Shown in pieces: positions 1-13,803 of a stretch of DNA of 64,000 nucleotides. The first letter of the stretch is position 1. Each line of letters starts with the position of its first letter. Made by a program: the position numbers and the translations under genes. Origin of the DNA: Octopus vulgaris. Lineage: Eukaryota. The DNA lies in contig OX597815.1 in the NCBI GenBank assembly GCA_951406725.2, positions 27,404,001 through 27,468,000 of the forward strand, in the 5' to 3' direction. The notes under the pieces were generated by a model. It was not told the DNA's origin. It was given only the letters and a program-made list of their open reading frames with translations, and did not search any database.

Positions 1-289
1 GTCATGCTGTGTTGCTTGGAACTAATTCAAGTGTAGTTTCGTATTCTGACTGTTATTATTGAAAGGGGGCAATTTACTTCACCCTATTCCGACTGAGAAT
101 AACATAAAACAAAGAATAAATAAATGTTTATATAAATACATGTGTATATTTTAAAATTTAATTAGTGCAAACTCGGATGTCTGTAAACAACATAGAATCA
201 AAAGGCATGTATTCGTTGAAGCTTACATAGGATCCTCAACAAATATGAACTTAATTAAAAAAGTAAAAATAACTCTCAGTCAAAGTAGA

Positions 290-806
290 TTCTTGATGTC
301 AGCACATTATTGCAAATGTGTTATGTATGAGACACGGCATAAATTATTTCCTTATGACTCTGCTTTTGGTAGCCAATGGATCCAATTACGACTTTACCAA
401 AAAATTCGTTTTCAAGAACAGCAAAAACAAACCAACAACTGTGAGGCACGGTAGAGAAAATGGTAATAAGGAACAACAATTTTACTTGAAGACCTAGTTT
501 TAATCTTGTACACCTTGCGTTCATAGCTGAGTTTGCCGGGGTATTAGAAAAGAAAATTCCAAGCATGGAAACAAAAATTATAATCAAGAGGCCTCAGTGT
601 AAACCCAGCAAAGACTTAAGTTAGTAACTTTCCCGCTGAGTTCAGTTATCCCACACCAGCACCAATCTGGTACTATTTACTTTCGCAGTAAACACCAGAC
701 TTGGTAAGGCGCGCTTTTTTATGAGTCACCATATCTTGAAACAGGAATGCATGAAACACCAGGTAGCGACCCAGAAGGCATCAACCGAATATATTAAAAT
801 ATAAGC
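290..806 (+). mobile_element. Heavily degraded 3' end (endonuclease region plus 3' UTR) of a probable R4/Dong-clade LINE
   Basis: Frame-broken remnants such as MSAHY..KCVMYETRHKLFP resemble R4-clade C-termini; the region runs into a (CATA)n tract. Similarity is weak and judged by eye. Confidence 0.3.
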
Positions 807-808
807 AC

Positions 809-900
809 GCATACATACATACATACATACATACATACATACATACATACATACATACATACATACATACATACATACATACATACATACATACATACAT
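809..900. repeat. (CATA)n microsatellite
   Basis: About 23 perfect CATA units. Confidence 0.98.
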
Positions 901-902
901 TA

Positions 903-1095
903 TTATGGCTGCCCCCTCGTTATCGAGTATGGCCATTGTACGAAGCTTCACTGTTACTGGTGCTGTGATCGAATGTGACTTTTTAGCCCAGCTAAAGATC
1001 TACAATGTCTTGTACAGAATTGGCAACTAAATCCTTTACCGGTAATAGCCGGCTGTAGTTGTAACTGGGATGTACCTTTGCATGCCGTTTAAGTA
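903..1095 (-). mobile_element. 3' end of an RTE-clade LINE with C-terminal zinc-finger-like motif
   Basis: Minus strand reads CKGTSQLQLQPAITGKGFSCQFCTRHCRSLAGLKSHIRSQHQ* (stop at 954-956). CxxC..C.S..GL.SH.R is typical of RTE ORF ends. A short 3' UTR abuts (TATG)n. Confidence 0.75.
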
Positions 1096-1099
1096 TAGT

Positions 1100-1740
1100 A
1101 GGATAAATAATATGCAGTTCTGGGAAGTTTCCACATACAATAAATCAATATACCACAACGTTTGTTGCGTCAGAGCTCATACCAACATTTGAGCTATTTG
1201 ATTGCACACTAGATGAGATTCGAGCTATTGATTTCGAAAATTGTTAATCCATACCAGAAATTTCCACATCAACACTGATGTTGACTACCTCATCTTAAAA
1301 TGAAAGCAAGGCGGCAGAGGCTTAATCTCAAATCTAACAGCATTTGAATGTGGCATCATATCCCTTCGATATCTTTTAACCACCAAATGTTGAAGTCCAA
1401 TTATGGTTCAAGTCTGCGTACGTGAAGCTGATAACATTCAGAATGTTGGAAAGGAACTTCTCAGAAAGTATCCTCTGACACCCCCGAGAAGTCGCACAAT
1501 TCTAAAGCAAAAAGCCGTTGGAAGAGAAAATGTTTACATAATAAAAGGTCGTGCATGGCTATATTCCCAGAAAACTTCAAAGTGATAGCAACATTGACGA
1601 CTAAAGCAGTCCAGAAAAGTTCTGGATTAACAACTGAGATATTAGTTCTCACTTTAAAAGATACGAATTTTGCAATACGGGAGCAGGACATAAACACAAA
1701 CATGTCTGATGCTCAAAAAGGAAAGGGCAGCAGGTAAATC
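1100..1740 (+). mobile_element. Degraded R4/Dong-clade LINE fragment (post-RT region)
   Basis: FHINTDVDYLILK*KQGGRGLISNLTAFECGIISLRYL and SSGLT..FAIREQDINT match the R4-type YLPRxxGGRGL and FAIQEQxIxT motifs; stops and frameshifts present. Confidence 0.7.
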
Positions 1741-2446
1741 ACCTGTATGCGACAAACCTTATCTCAACATTCAGTCATCGCTTCCATAAACATTCTTCTC
1801 TTCCATCACCCTCCCCCTACACCTTCACACCTCACAGACACACGCACACACACACATACAGATTCCTCATCTCTTCTACTGCCTTGTCCTCTTAACACGC
1901 CCGCGTACTCCACCACTTTCACACACACACACACACGTATTTACACACATGATCTGCTTGACTCATGCATACCCATACATATTTACTCTTCGCACACATA
2001 AACTCACATACTCATACACACACACACATCACTATTCACCCATGTTGTCTCTTTGACACATACACCCCCACTTACTCATTCTTCATACATATACACACTG
2101 GCAACTTCACGCATTCCCCTTATTCACTTATACACACACACACGCACGCACACACATACACATACTCATACATTCACTCACACATTCACACACATTCCTC
2201 CTCCCTCAGTCACTTCCGGTTTGTTTGACAGCAATATTTCACTCCTCCCTGCCTTCTTATACTTATTACCTCCCTTCGCCCTTTTTTAACTTTCTTCTCT
2301 ATTTTACTGTCCACCATCTTCTGCCATCTAACTCTAGCACACCACACATTCCTACTCAACTTTCCTCGGTGGATGTTATCCGATTCACCATCCTTGGACT
2401 CTCTGGACATTCTACCAGTTGCATATATTAAAGAAATACGTCTATT

Positions 2447-2871
2447 GGCAATCTTTCGTCTCTAGTAGACCTTTCCGTCGATTTCCGTAAAATTTTTTTT
2501 TTTTTACATATGGGCTTGCGGGAACTTTTGAAGTAATGAGAGCGAAAGAGACTAAGAGAAAGCGATTTTATGACGAGGGAAGTTCTTTTGAAGTTACCGT
2601 GCATGGCAAGCATTGATGTACATGTGTGTGCGTGTGTGTGTTTGATGGGGTGTGGGAGACAGACAGTATGTTGTGTAAGTGAAGTGCATCTGTTAGTGTG
2701 TGTGAAGAGACAGAGTAATGTGTGAAAGAAAGAGATAACTGAAATTTTTTTACTCGGTGTAAGTGTATATGTATGTATATTACTTCAAAAGTTCCCGCAA
2801 GCCCATATGTAAAAAAAAATTTTTTTTTTACGGAAATCGACGGAAAGGTCTACTAGAGACGAAAGATCGCC
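2447..2871. mobile_element. MITE with ~90-bp terminal inverted repeats (Merlin- or MULE-like)
   Basis: 2447-2536 is the reverse complement of about 2778-2871. Flanked by ACGTCTATT (2438-2446) and TCGTCTATT (2872-2880). Termini are GG...CC. Confidence 0.9.
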
Positions 2872-3089
2872 TCGTCTATTTTCTATTCTGTTTTCTTTCG
2901 TCCATGAAAAGTGCTTCACTCTCTGACGCGTACATCACACTCTTTCTGCCTTTCCTTGTGCGTTGCCGAACTAAATTTCTTTTATTAGTTCTTCGCCATC
3001 CTCTGGATACTCCTTCCAATCTTACCGGAATTATCTCCCGCATTGTTTGATTTTAGAATAATTTTTCATCTCACAGAACTCATAACTCC

Positions 3090-3358
3090 TCTGTGTCTGT
3101 CTGTCTGTCTGTCTCTTTCTTTCTCTCTCTCTCTCTCTCTCTCACGTTCTGTCTCTCTCTTTCTCACGCTGTCTTTCTCTCTCTCTCTCTCTTGCACACA
3201 CACACTGTCTCTCATTCTCTCTCTCTCTTTCACACACACACACACACACACTGTCTTTCATTCTCTCTCTTTCTTTCTTTCTCTCTCTCTCTCTATCTCT
3301 CACACACGTTCTGTCTCTCTTTCTCACGCTGTCTCTCTCTCTCACTCTCTCTCTCTCT

Positions 3359-3393
<35 letters not shown>

Positions 3394-3565
3394 TCTCTCA
3401 TTCTCTGTCTCTCTCTTTCACACACACACACTGTCTTTCATTCTCTCTCTTTCTTTCTTTCTTTCTCTCTCTCTCTCTATCTCTCACACACGTTCTGTCT
3501 GTCTTTCTCACGCTGTCTTTCTCTCTCTCTCCCTTTCACACACACACACTGTCTCTCATTCTCTT

Positions 3566-3609
<44 letters not shown>

Positions 3610-3631
3610 TTTCTCTGTCTCTCTTTCTCTC
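3090..3631. repeat. Compound (CT)n/(CA)n low-complexity array with higher-order blocks
   Basis: Recurring blocks cacacactgtctctcattctctctc and cacgttctgtctctctttctcacgctgtc. Confidence 0.95.
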
Positions 3632-3840
3632 AGTACCAGTCTTTTGTATTGTAATTAGATAATACTAATCACACAGCAGAAAGTTATGCATGGGTACATG
3701 TCCCGCAAGCAAGAGAATAAACAACAACGCTAACATGAATAATAACCTCTCCAGAACCCCAGATAGATTCATCACATCTCACCTAAAACGCTACGCCTTT
3801 ACTATCCAGGAACAGCAAATGCCTGATCAATAAGATATTT

Positions 3841-3996
3841 TGTACTCTTTCGCCACAACTTTCTCTCACTCTCTCTCTTCCTGTTTCTTGGGTAACGCTG
3901 CGATGGACTGGCGTCCCGTCCAACTGGGGGGAGGGGGGACACATACGCCACAGAAACCGGGAAACCGGGTCCATGAGCCTGGCTAGGCTTGAAAAA
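3841..3996 (+). mobile_element. 5'-truncated SINE family C, tail type 2
   Basis: Matches 31763-31910 (tgtactctttcgccacaac...gtaacgctgcgatggactggcgtcccgtcc...ggctaggcttgaaaa). Confidence 0.85.
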
Positions 3997-4131
3997 AAGT
4001 GAGAAAAGAAAAAGAAGAAAAAATTAAGTATATGCATCATCAGCATCCACCTCTCCGTCTTTATCTATCTGTCTATACACACAAGCGCGCGCGTATGCTC
4101 ACACCCATAACTTTAATTTAGTCCATATCTG

Positions 4132-4833
4132 TTTCTTTATTACCCACAAGGGACTAAACATAGAGGGGACAAACAAGGACAAACAAACGGATTAAGTCGA
4201 TTACATCGACCCCAGCGCGTTACTGGTACTTAATTTAAGGTACTTAACATAAATTAACATAACTTAAGGTACTTAACATAAGGCGGCGAGCTGGCAGAAA
4301 CGTTAGCACGCCGGGCGAAATGCTTAGCGGTATTTCGTCTGCCGTTACGTTGTGAGTTCAAATTCCGCCGAGGTCGACTTTGCCTTTCATCCTTTCGGGG
4401 TCGATAAATTAAGCACCAGTTACGCACTGGGGTCGATGTAATCGACTTAATACCTATGTCTGTCCTGTGTTTGTTCCCTCTATGTTTAGCCCCTTGTGGG
4501 TAATAAAGTAATAGGTATTTCGTCTGCCGTTACGTTGTGAGTTCAAATTCCGCCGAGGTCGACTTTGCCTTTCATCCTTTCGGGGTCTGGATAAATTAAG
4601 TACCAGTTACGCACTGGGGTCGATGTAATCGACTTAATACCCATGTCTGTCCTTGTTTGTCCCCTCTGTGTTTAGCCCCTTGTGGGTAATAAAGAAATAG
4701 GTACTTAATTTATCGACCCCGGAAAGATGAAAGGCAAAGTCGACCTCGGCGGAATTTGAGCTCAGGACGTAACGGCAGACGAAATACGACTACGCATTTC
4801 GCCCGGCGTGCTAACGTTTCTGCCGAGCTGCCT
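4132..4833. mobile_element. Nested SINE family B: minus-strand copy interrupted by a plus-strand tandem dimer (about 4281-4700)
   Basis: tRNA-like head aggcggcgagctggcagaaacgttag with B-box gagttcaaattcc. ggtacttaattta is duplicated on both sides of the inner insertion. Confidence 0.92.
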
Positions 4834-4959
4834 AACCCAACCAATCAGCTTATGAATAGATAAACAGGGTTCAGGATTAGCTTTAGTTTAGGCAATGTTT
4901 TCCATGAATGTCTCAAGTTAAATGGGGCTGAAAGTTACGTTATAAAAAAGAACAAAATA

Positions 4960-5121
4960 GGCGCAGGAGTGACTGTGTGGTAAGTAGCTTGCTAACCAAC
5001 CGCATGGTTCCGGGTTCAGTCCCACTGCGTGGCATCTTGGGCAAGTGTCTTCTGCTATAGCCCCGGGCCGACCAATACCTTGTGAGTGGATTTGGTAGAC
5101 GGAAACTGAAAGAAACTGTCG

Positions 5122-5182
<61 letters not shown>

Positions 5183-5410
5183 TGTGTGTGTGTGTTTGTG
5201 TGTCTGTGTTTGTCCCCCTAGCATTGCTTGATTACCGATGCTGGTGTGTTTACGTCCCCGTCACTTAGCGGTTCGGCAAAAAGAGACCGATAGAATAAGT
5301 ACTGGGCTTACAAAGAATAAGTCCCCGGGGTCGATTTGCTCGACTAAAAGGCGGTGCTCCAGCATGGCCGCAGTCAAATGACTGAAACAAGTAAAAGAGT
5401 AAAAGAGTAA
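4960..5410 (+). mobile_element. SINE family A (octopus OK-like tRNA SINE), full length
   Basis: Head ggcgcaggagtgactgtgtggtaag, B-box ggttcagtccc, CORE-like cttgggcaagt, internal (TA)n(TG)n, tail (gtaaaaga)n. Confidence 0.93.
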
Positions 5411-5629
5411 GATCAAGCAGAACAAGAATCTGAACTCTTATACACATTTTATTAATTCTTTACTCGACATCAGACTCAGTTCCAGTTCACGGTAATCTTA
5501 ATTTTGTCAGTGAGGGGAACCCGATAAACAATAAGCCGCTTGTCACTGAATTACTGAGCATTCATCTCTTTCTTTCTAGCTCTCCCCCTAGCTCTCTCCC
5601 CTCCTCCTAGCTCTCTCCCCACTCACTCT

Positions 5630-5888
5630 CCATCTATCAATCTATCTGTCTGTCTGTCTGTCTGTATGTATGTATGTGTGTGTAGGTATGTATGTATGTA
5701 TGTATGTATGTATGTATGTATGTATGTATATATGCATGTGTGTGTGTGTATGTATGTACGTATATATGTATGTGTGTGTGTATGTGTGTGTGTATGTATG
5801 TATGTACATATGTATGTATGTATGTATATATGTATGTGTGTGTGTATGTATGTTTGTACGTATGTATGTATGTATGTATGTATGTATG

Positions 5889-5921
<33 letters not shown>

Positions 5922-6625
5922 GTGTATGTATGTATGTATGTATGTATGAACGTTTGTATGTATGTATGTATGTATGTATGTACGTACGTACGTATGTATG
6001 TATGTATGTATATATGTATGTGTGTGTATGTATGTATGTACGTACGTATGTATGTATGTATGTATGTACGTACGTATGTATGTTTGTATGTATGTACGTA
6101 TGTATGTATGTATGCATGTATGTACGTACGTATGTATGTATGTATGTATGTATGTATGTATGTATGTACGTATGTATGTATGTTTGTAGTATGTATGTAT
6201 GTATGTATGTATGTACGTACGTACGTATGTACGTACGTATGTATGTATGTATGTATGTGTATGTATGTATGTATGTATGTATGTATGTGTGTGTGTATGT
6301 ACGTATGTATGTATGTATGTATGCATGTATGTACGTACGTACGTATGTATGTATGTATGTATGCATGTATGTATGTATGTATGTATATATGTATGTGTGT
6401 GTAGGTATGTATGTATGTATGTATGTATGTACGTATGTATGTATGCATGTATGTACGTACGTATGTATGTACGTACGTATGTATGTATGTATGTATGTAT
6501 GTATGTATGTATGTACGTGTGTGTGTATGTGTGTATGTATGAATGTATGTATGTACGTATGTATGTATGTATGTATGTATGTATGTATGTACGTACGTAC
6601 GTATGTATGTATGTATGTATGTATG

Positions 6626-6654
<29 letters not shown>
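5630..6654. repeat. ~1-kb degenerate (TATG)n microsatellite
   Basis: TATG units with TACG, TGTG and TATA variants; source of the HTYI/MYVC pseudo-ORFs. Confidence 0.98.
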
Positions 6655-6658
<4 letters not shown>

Positions 6659-7271
6659 GGGAATGCATAAAAAGTTAAGTACATACATAAATATACAGAT
6701 ATAAATGCAATTATATTGGGGAGAAAATAAAAAGAAACCGCAGACGTCACTACTGACAAGCGAATCTGATTTGGTGACTTTAAATTAATTACTCAGAAAC
6801 GCTGTCCATATAAGAAAAAAATCGGTTAAGTCAGTGTTAACATATTTAGTACTTGAGATATTTATGTGGTGAGGAAAAGATAACATTTTCATGGTTCGGT
6901 GTTATAAGACCTCCTCCCCTCCATCCCTCTCTCTCCCTCTCTCCTCCTCCCGTCTCTCACACACAAACACACACACACATAGTGAGTCATTGAACCTGTT
7001 GGGTAGTAGAAGACGGATCTTTTTTTTTTGCATTGAATCTTGTGGAAATGTGACTACTGTCGTTATTGTTCTTGTTCTTGTTGCGGTTATTGTTGTCTAG
7101 TTCAAAGTCATCCCTGATCGAACGAGACATGACAACAAAGGCGTTTCAGCAAATATTCTCTCGTCTCTTTGTATATCAGAAATTACATTGTCCAGTGTAT
7201 TACATAACGAAATTGTTGTAAACAGTGCTTAGGTGCACTACAACTAAAAGGAAAAAAGAAAAGAAAAGCCA

Positions 7272-7820
7272 TCAGGTATACTGTTGAAGAATTTCAGGAA
7301 GCATGGAAGTTTTGAAGGTTGTAGTGTCTCGACAGCAAACAACTGATGCAGATAGTTTATTCCATGCTTCAGTAATTCTGAGCGTGAAAAAATATTTCCG
7401 AATGTCATGGGAGCTATGCTGTTTTTTGATTTTGTAAGCATGTCCACGAGTGTTAGATATATTATGGAATTCAAAAAGGCGCCCAAGATTGTTGTTGGAA
7501 AGATTGTGGATAATCTTGTGGGTGTCTACCAAATCAGTTGCCAAACGTCTGAGTTTCAATGTGTCCATACCCAGGGATGCAAGACGTTCAGAGTATGGTA
7601 GATGCCTGAGGGTGGGTATTCGTTTGGTTGCCCGTTTCTGAACAGCTTCCAGGAGATTGATATACTGAGCAAGAAATGGGTTCCAGACTGGTGATACAGA
7701 CCCTAATTGTGGACATACCATAGTCATATACAGTTTTAAATAGACAGCTAGAGAACGCCTGACAAAGGTCTTACTGAGAGATGCTAAGACACCGTCAGCC
7801 TTCTTGACAATCTTAGAGAT
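7272..7820 (-). mobile_element. CR1-group LINE ORF2 C-terminal fragment, 5'-truncated
   Basis: SPVWNPF..LEAVQKRATKRIP..YSERL..RRLATDL..TRGHAYKI..FFTLRITEAWNKL, characteristic CR1 C-terminal motifs. Confidence 0.9.
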
Positions 7821-9704
7821 TAGTTTTTATTTACGACAGAAAATTATGATTTTAGGTAGATTAGCTGCTCTCTCTAACAGAATGAACTAGCTCATTTAGA
7901 TCCTCTCATTAACCCAGTTTAGCCGAGAGCCTACAGTTAAGGGAGCTCCTGTTGTCTACATGAGTGAGCTCTACAATTCTCTGAGAAAATCACTCTGTAT
8001 AATTCTAGGTTCTTATTTTGAGAGAAATAAGTTGTCATATTCTTATTTCATACTTCGAATTATTCATATAACTTATTGCCGACGCAGAACATTACTAATT
8101 TTCCTAGATTCTAATGTTTTAGTGTGTCAGTAAAGGTAAAATGTCTTGATTGTAGAAACACTGTGGTACTTGTGACTGATTATAATACGGTTCAGTTGAT
8201 TGCCGATATTCTTTCGGAACTATGAACTCATACACCTTCATACTTATATGTAAAAATAAAATAAGCACATACAATGGTACATTTGAGTAACTATTCGTGT
8301 AATATAAACATTGACAAAAAAAAATCGATTTTCATCAATCTTGTGTTTAAATACGTGTTTTTCTCTATTGGCTTCAGGTTGCAGTTACTACAAGGAAGAT
8401 AGTTCTTTCTTCTTGGCAGGATTAGAAACTTGAATTTGAAATTAAGAAATTATAAGAAAAAAAAGTGCATAGAATTTGTATATTTAACCGTTGTTGTTGT
8501 CTTTTGTTGCTTAATACGAAGTTCTCAAAGTTTCTTGTCGGTGGTAATAGTGTTGTACTATTTCATTCCTTTAAAAAATCGTCATCATGTAAAAACGACA
8601 TATTAAAGATAGAAATAATTACTGTCTGGCGGAAATTCATAGAAAGTGTATGTATGTTTTGGGTTTTTTTTTCTTCACTGAGCGTTAGTAGTTTTTCAAT
8701 CGATTGAAAAGAGGAAAAGCTCTTAGCGTTTGTTTGATGATGGTGATAATAATATCTGATCTATTATTTTGTTCTAAACATGAGCTGGTATGCTAATCTC
8801 CATCGCTTGTGGTAGTGATTTTGTCAAACTTACAGTGAAAGATGAAAGCATTTAGTGTAATGAAAATCATATTCTAACCAAAACTTTCCTTGAATATATT
8901 CAAAGATTAACATTGCAACATTGACTAAGGAACTTGTTCTAGGAAGCTACGGACTATGAAATGAAAGAGAGACTTTCACTGTCTTATTTTCTACCAATCT
9001 ATTTTGGGTGGGTGTTGTATCTATAACCCTCTCCACCGACGTTCTTGTCAAACTGAAACACTTTAATACATGTATCATATGAACCATTAATGTATTTGCA
9101 TATTTGTGAATTTAAATGTCTTCAGAGACTATAATTAGAGGTAGAAATCTTTTACTAAATGCGTTAAATAATGATAAAATGAATCATTAACATAAAAATC
9201 TTGGTTCATTCTATTTTATAACTTACTCCACAGCAATAAATTTCCTATAGAGCTCAGTAAAAATGAATGAGACGACTGCGAGAATAGCATCAGTGGGTGT
9301 CAATGGCAGAAGATAAATATCACAAATGCCAAATGCATAATTATCATTTGACAGTATCTAGTTATGGGTATTGCGCCATAATTTGATAGGTAGTTAACTC
9401 CTCTAGCTTTGCCTAACCTGGCAACTGAACAGGTTTGAATAGAAAGCGATCAACTAAAAATGAAAAGCAGAACTTACTAGATATTGTTTTACAATAGTCC
9501 CGTCCGATAACGGGTACTACCAAGAATCTGTGGTAATCGAAGGAATGGGTAAAATAAAATTGGCCATGTGGAATTTGAAAACTGAGAGGGAAGTTCCTCA
9601 GAATAATCGAATGTGCATCTAAAACGATATATGAGTGGTGATACACAAAGCGCAACGAATTGGCTTTAGGGGTTTAGGTGTCCGATATTGTTGTGGAAGG
9701 AAAA

Positions 9705-9905
9705 GGTGGCGATCTGGCAGAATCGTTAGAGCGTAAGAAAAAATGCTTTGTGGTATGTGTTTCGATTCTTTACGCTCTGAGTTCATATCCCACCGAGGTC
9801 CGCTTTGCATTTTCTCCTTTCGGGGTCGATGAGATAAAGTACTGGAACCGTCGGTATTGACCCATCACTTCCCTTCAAAATTACTGGCCTAGTGCCAAAA
9901 TCAAA
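9705..9905 (+). mobile_element. Degraded SINE family B
   Basis: ggtggcgatctggcagaatcgttag...gagttcatatcccaccgaggtc...ggggtcgat. Confidence 0.8.
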
Positions 9906-10453
9906 ACCATTGTTGTTGACTATATATTAAAAAAAACGGTTGCTCAGAAATTTATAATAAGAATAAGTTACCCTTAAAAAGGGGAATGAAGCCTTAAAGA
10001 AAGGAAAACGAAAACTTTCTTTCGAATGCGAATTAGGAAGCCAGTGAAGGAATCTCGTTCATTATTATCAATATGCCGGACGTTAGATATCTTTGTAAAC
10101 ATTATTTAGACCTTCTAAAGAGTTGCTCTGGGCTGAAATTTTTCATAGCTTTGAAGAGAAAATCAATTCTTTTTGATGTAGTCTTAATAATATTGTTCAT
10201 AAAATGCTTCAAGGAGAAATTATTGAAGATTGTGAATGCATTATTTACCATGAAGAAATTGATCGTGAACGAATTCACCTTTTATATTCCATTCTTTATT
10301 TTGAAATTGTTGCTGTGTTTCTTCTTACGTTTAAACAAAGCATCTTCCTGGTTTCCATAAATTCCGAAGTATTTACTAATTATTTCTTTAACTTCCAACG
10401 CAACAAATGATTCCGAGGAGTCTTCGGTTATTTTGTAAAAAGTTTCAAATATA

Positions 10454-10876
10454 GGCGCAGGAGTGGCTGTGTGGTAAGTAGCTTGCTAACCAACCACATG
10501 GTTCCGGGTTCAGTCCCACTGCGTGGCATCTTGGGCAAGTGTCTTCTGCTATAGCCTCGGGCCGACCAATGCCTTGTGAGTGGATTTGGTAGACGGAAAC
10601 TGAAAGAAGCCTGTCGTATATATGTATATATATATATATGTGTATGTGTGTGTATATGTTTGTGTGTCTGTGTTTGTCCCCCTAGCATTGCTTGACAACC
10701 GATGCTGGTGTGTTTACGTCCCCGTCACTTAGCGGTTCGGCAAAAGAGACCGATAGAATAGGTACTGGGCTTACAAAGAATAAGTCCCGGGGTCGATTTG
10801 CTCGACTAAAGGCGGTACTCCAGCATGGCCGCAGTCAAATGCCTGAAACAAGTAAAAGAGTAAAAGAGTAAAGAGT
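10454..10876 (+). mobile_element. SINE family A, full length
   Basis: Near-identical to 4960-5410. Confidence 0.93.
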
Positions 10877-11964
10877 ATAGGGAGGTAATAAAATTAAGAA
10901 TTTCTGCCATTGGTACAACACCATGAATTTCGTAGGAAGGTACAGATGAAGTAATAGCCCTGAGTACTTTAATGGAGCTTATTTTATAGGATGAAAAGCA
11001 TTGTAAATAAGAGATATAAGGCATTTATTTACCCGGTACTCAACAGATTTTGTCAGTCGCTGCTTTCGATGAATTAAAGATAGTTTCTAATTTAAGCACA
11101 AGGCCAGCAATTTTTAGGGGAGAAAGTTAGTCGATACTATTGATTTCAATACTTGATTGAGATTCCATCGACTCCGGAACGATGAAAAAACGCAAAGTTG
11201 ACCTCGGTGTGTTTTGAACTCAAAGCATAAAGAGCCAGAAAACTAATAAAAGCTTGAAAGTCACCATGTTCTACTAAACCTAAGTAAGATTCCATTACCA
11301 CAATACTTCTTCGATAAAGTCAACAGTCTTCAAAGATATTGAGATCCATTAAGCTGAACTGCCTTTGTCATACCACTAAACTTAACTTTTTTTTCTGTTC
11401 TCTTTTTATCGCTCGACCAACTTTCTAGGACCATAACTTTTATTTATTTACGTTTTTGGCACGTAATTATTCCTGGTCCGATACGTTCTCCTTTTTCTTT
11501 TTCTTCATCTGTACTTTCCTACGAAATTCATGGTGTTGTACCAAAGTCAGAAATTCTTAATTTTACTACCTCCCTATATTTGAAACTTTTACAAGATAAT
11601 TGTATCAAGCAGAGTGGCCGGCTATAGACCCTACCTTGCGGACAAATTGATCTGTTAGGCGTACATAGTCGTTCCACTGACTGCTGCCAATGAATCAGAA
11701 GTTTGTTCAACTGAGGTTGATCATCTCCACCGCTACCATCATCATCATCATCATCATCATCACCAACAAGTACAAACAAACAAGGGATCTTCGCATGGTG
11801 AAATGATCTACTTGAAATAGTAGCCACACCCTACCATCTTTAAAAATATGGACACACAGGATAATGTGGTCCTAGGTACAGTCATAGGAGTTCGACACTG
11901 TCCTCTGATCGGTCGCATCCTGTCAAATGACCAAACCCAGAACAGGAAAGAATACAGACGCTAA

Positions 11965-12140
11965 ACAATAATGATGATGATGATGGCGACGACGACGACG
12001 ATGATGATGAGGGGGAAGAGGAGGGGGAGGAGGGAGAAGGAGGGGAGGAGGTGGTAAAGGAGGAGGTGGAGGAGGAGGAGGTGGTAGAGGAGGAGGAGGA
12101 GGAGGAGGAGGAGGAGGAGGAGGAGGAGGAGGAGGAGGAA
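11965..12140. repeat. (GAT)(GAC)(GAG)n trinucleotide array
   Basis: Direct reading. Confidence 0.95.
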
Positions 12141-13361
12141 TTATTTACTTTGCAGATTCTGTGTTCCATGTTCAAAACCACAAAGATCTGAAGACCTTTC
12201 TGCAAATAAAGACGGCGAAAATCTTTGTGCTGGGTTTAAAAATTTCCACGTTTAAGCAAAATACGTGACGCACTGTATCGGAATTAAATGGACGATATGG
12301 CCACGGTTGGAATAACTTTGGTGATTCATACATAACTCTGCTCGATTATTCTGACCTGAGGCAAACAACAAAATATTACTAAGGGTACGTTCCCCTCACC
12401 CATTCCACCCTATTTTTTTTATTCTTTGTCGCATAATAGTGTCAGTGATAGACTGATCAGGTTTCTGACTGGCCCAGAGTTATAACTAACTCCCCATTTC
12501 CTCCACGAGGTACAATAGTTTTCTTGGTTCTTATTACCTTCTAATGACACCTCCAGCTGTAAGACGTAATCATTCAACCATAACAATACGAAGTAACTTA
12601 TTTTGTTTCATTCATAATTTTGAATTGCTTTAATAATAGTTTACAGTGAAACAGCCAGAGACCCATTCTTCTTATTATCGTGACACTACAAGTATATAAT
12701 ATATATTTAGTCATTGCACTTGTGTATTTTTCACCTTTTCGTCTTAAACACTTCACAAACCAGACATTTGACTTGGTAACTTAAGTAATTTTGCAAAGAC
12801 GCCTTCATATATATATATATATTCAAAACACAGTATTTTCCAAATAACTAGGAAAGTGTATTTATATTAAAAAAAAACGTACAATTTTTGTTATTTTGCA
12901 GACAAATTGAACGGAACAATGGAAATGTCATCTCAGAAGGATATTTATTTTCTCACTTATCATGTCTTTTCAGCCGTAGTGTACAGCAGCATTTCTGTTA
13001 ATCCTATTAAAAGACAATTTGCTTCATACTAAAAGAAGTTACATTACAAATGACGAGAAAGCCGCTGCAGAGTATTTTGGCTTGCTATAAATAGCAGGCA
13101 TATCTCCCTACAATTTTACTTTGTCGGCCACGCAGCGTGTCCTCCTAAACACACACGTATGTATGTATGTATTTACTGAGTATGGAGCGATAATAAGAAA
13201 GACGACAAAGGAATACATGATTGTCTTACGAACTTCATGGGCTTACAGTTGTTTCTGCTATAAGGTACAGTAGACTCATAGTTGAGTGCCTGAATAACAC
13301 CTTATAGCCGCATCGAAGCCTTGAAACTCTCTTTCTTATTACTGCCCTATGCTCGGCTAAT

Positions 13362-13363
13362 AC

Positions 13364-13438
<75 letters not shown>

Positions 13439-13440
13439 CG

Positions 13441-13472
<32 letters not shown>

Positions 13473-13565
13473 AAATATATGTATATATGTATGTATATAT
13501 AAAATATATGTATGTATGTATGTATGCATGCATGTATGTATGTATGTGTGTGTGCGTGTGTGTGT

Positions 13566-13605
<40 letters not shown>

Positions 13606-13620
13606 ATGTGTGTGTGTATG
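13362..13620. repeat. Compound (GATA)n/(CATA)n/(TATG)n/(TG)n microsatellite
   Basis: Direct reading. Confidence 0.95.
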
Positions 13621-13621
13621 T

Positions 13622-13803
13622 CACCATGATAGATCGTTAGCCACTACACGCGTTTTTTCTCTCCTTGTTTGTCTATGTCCCTTTCTGTAGAAGAGCGTAG
13701 GCTCGAAACGTAAAAGACTTTTTCTATTCCTGAGCGTTATACTAATACATCTGTTTGTTTTGTACACCACCTGTCTTCGTCTTTTGCTTTTTTCGTAAAC
13801 TCT

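Noticed and set aside
5623-6759. ORFs of up to 378 aa (HTYI/MYVC repeats)
   Set aside because: Translations of a stop-free (TATG)n microsatellite.
12180-12229. CTGAAGA...GAAA inside a cacaaagat/atctttgtg hairpin
   Set aside because: No room for stem III plus the NUH triplet, and stem II is poor.
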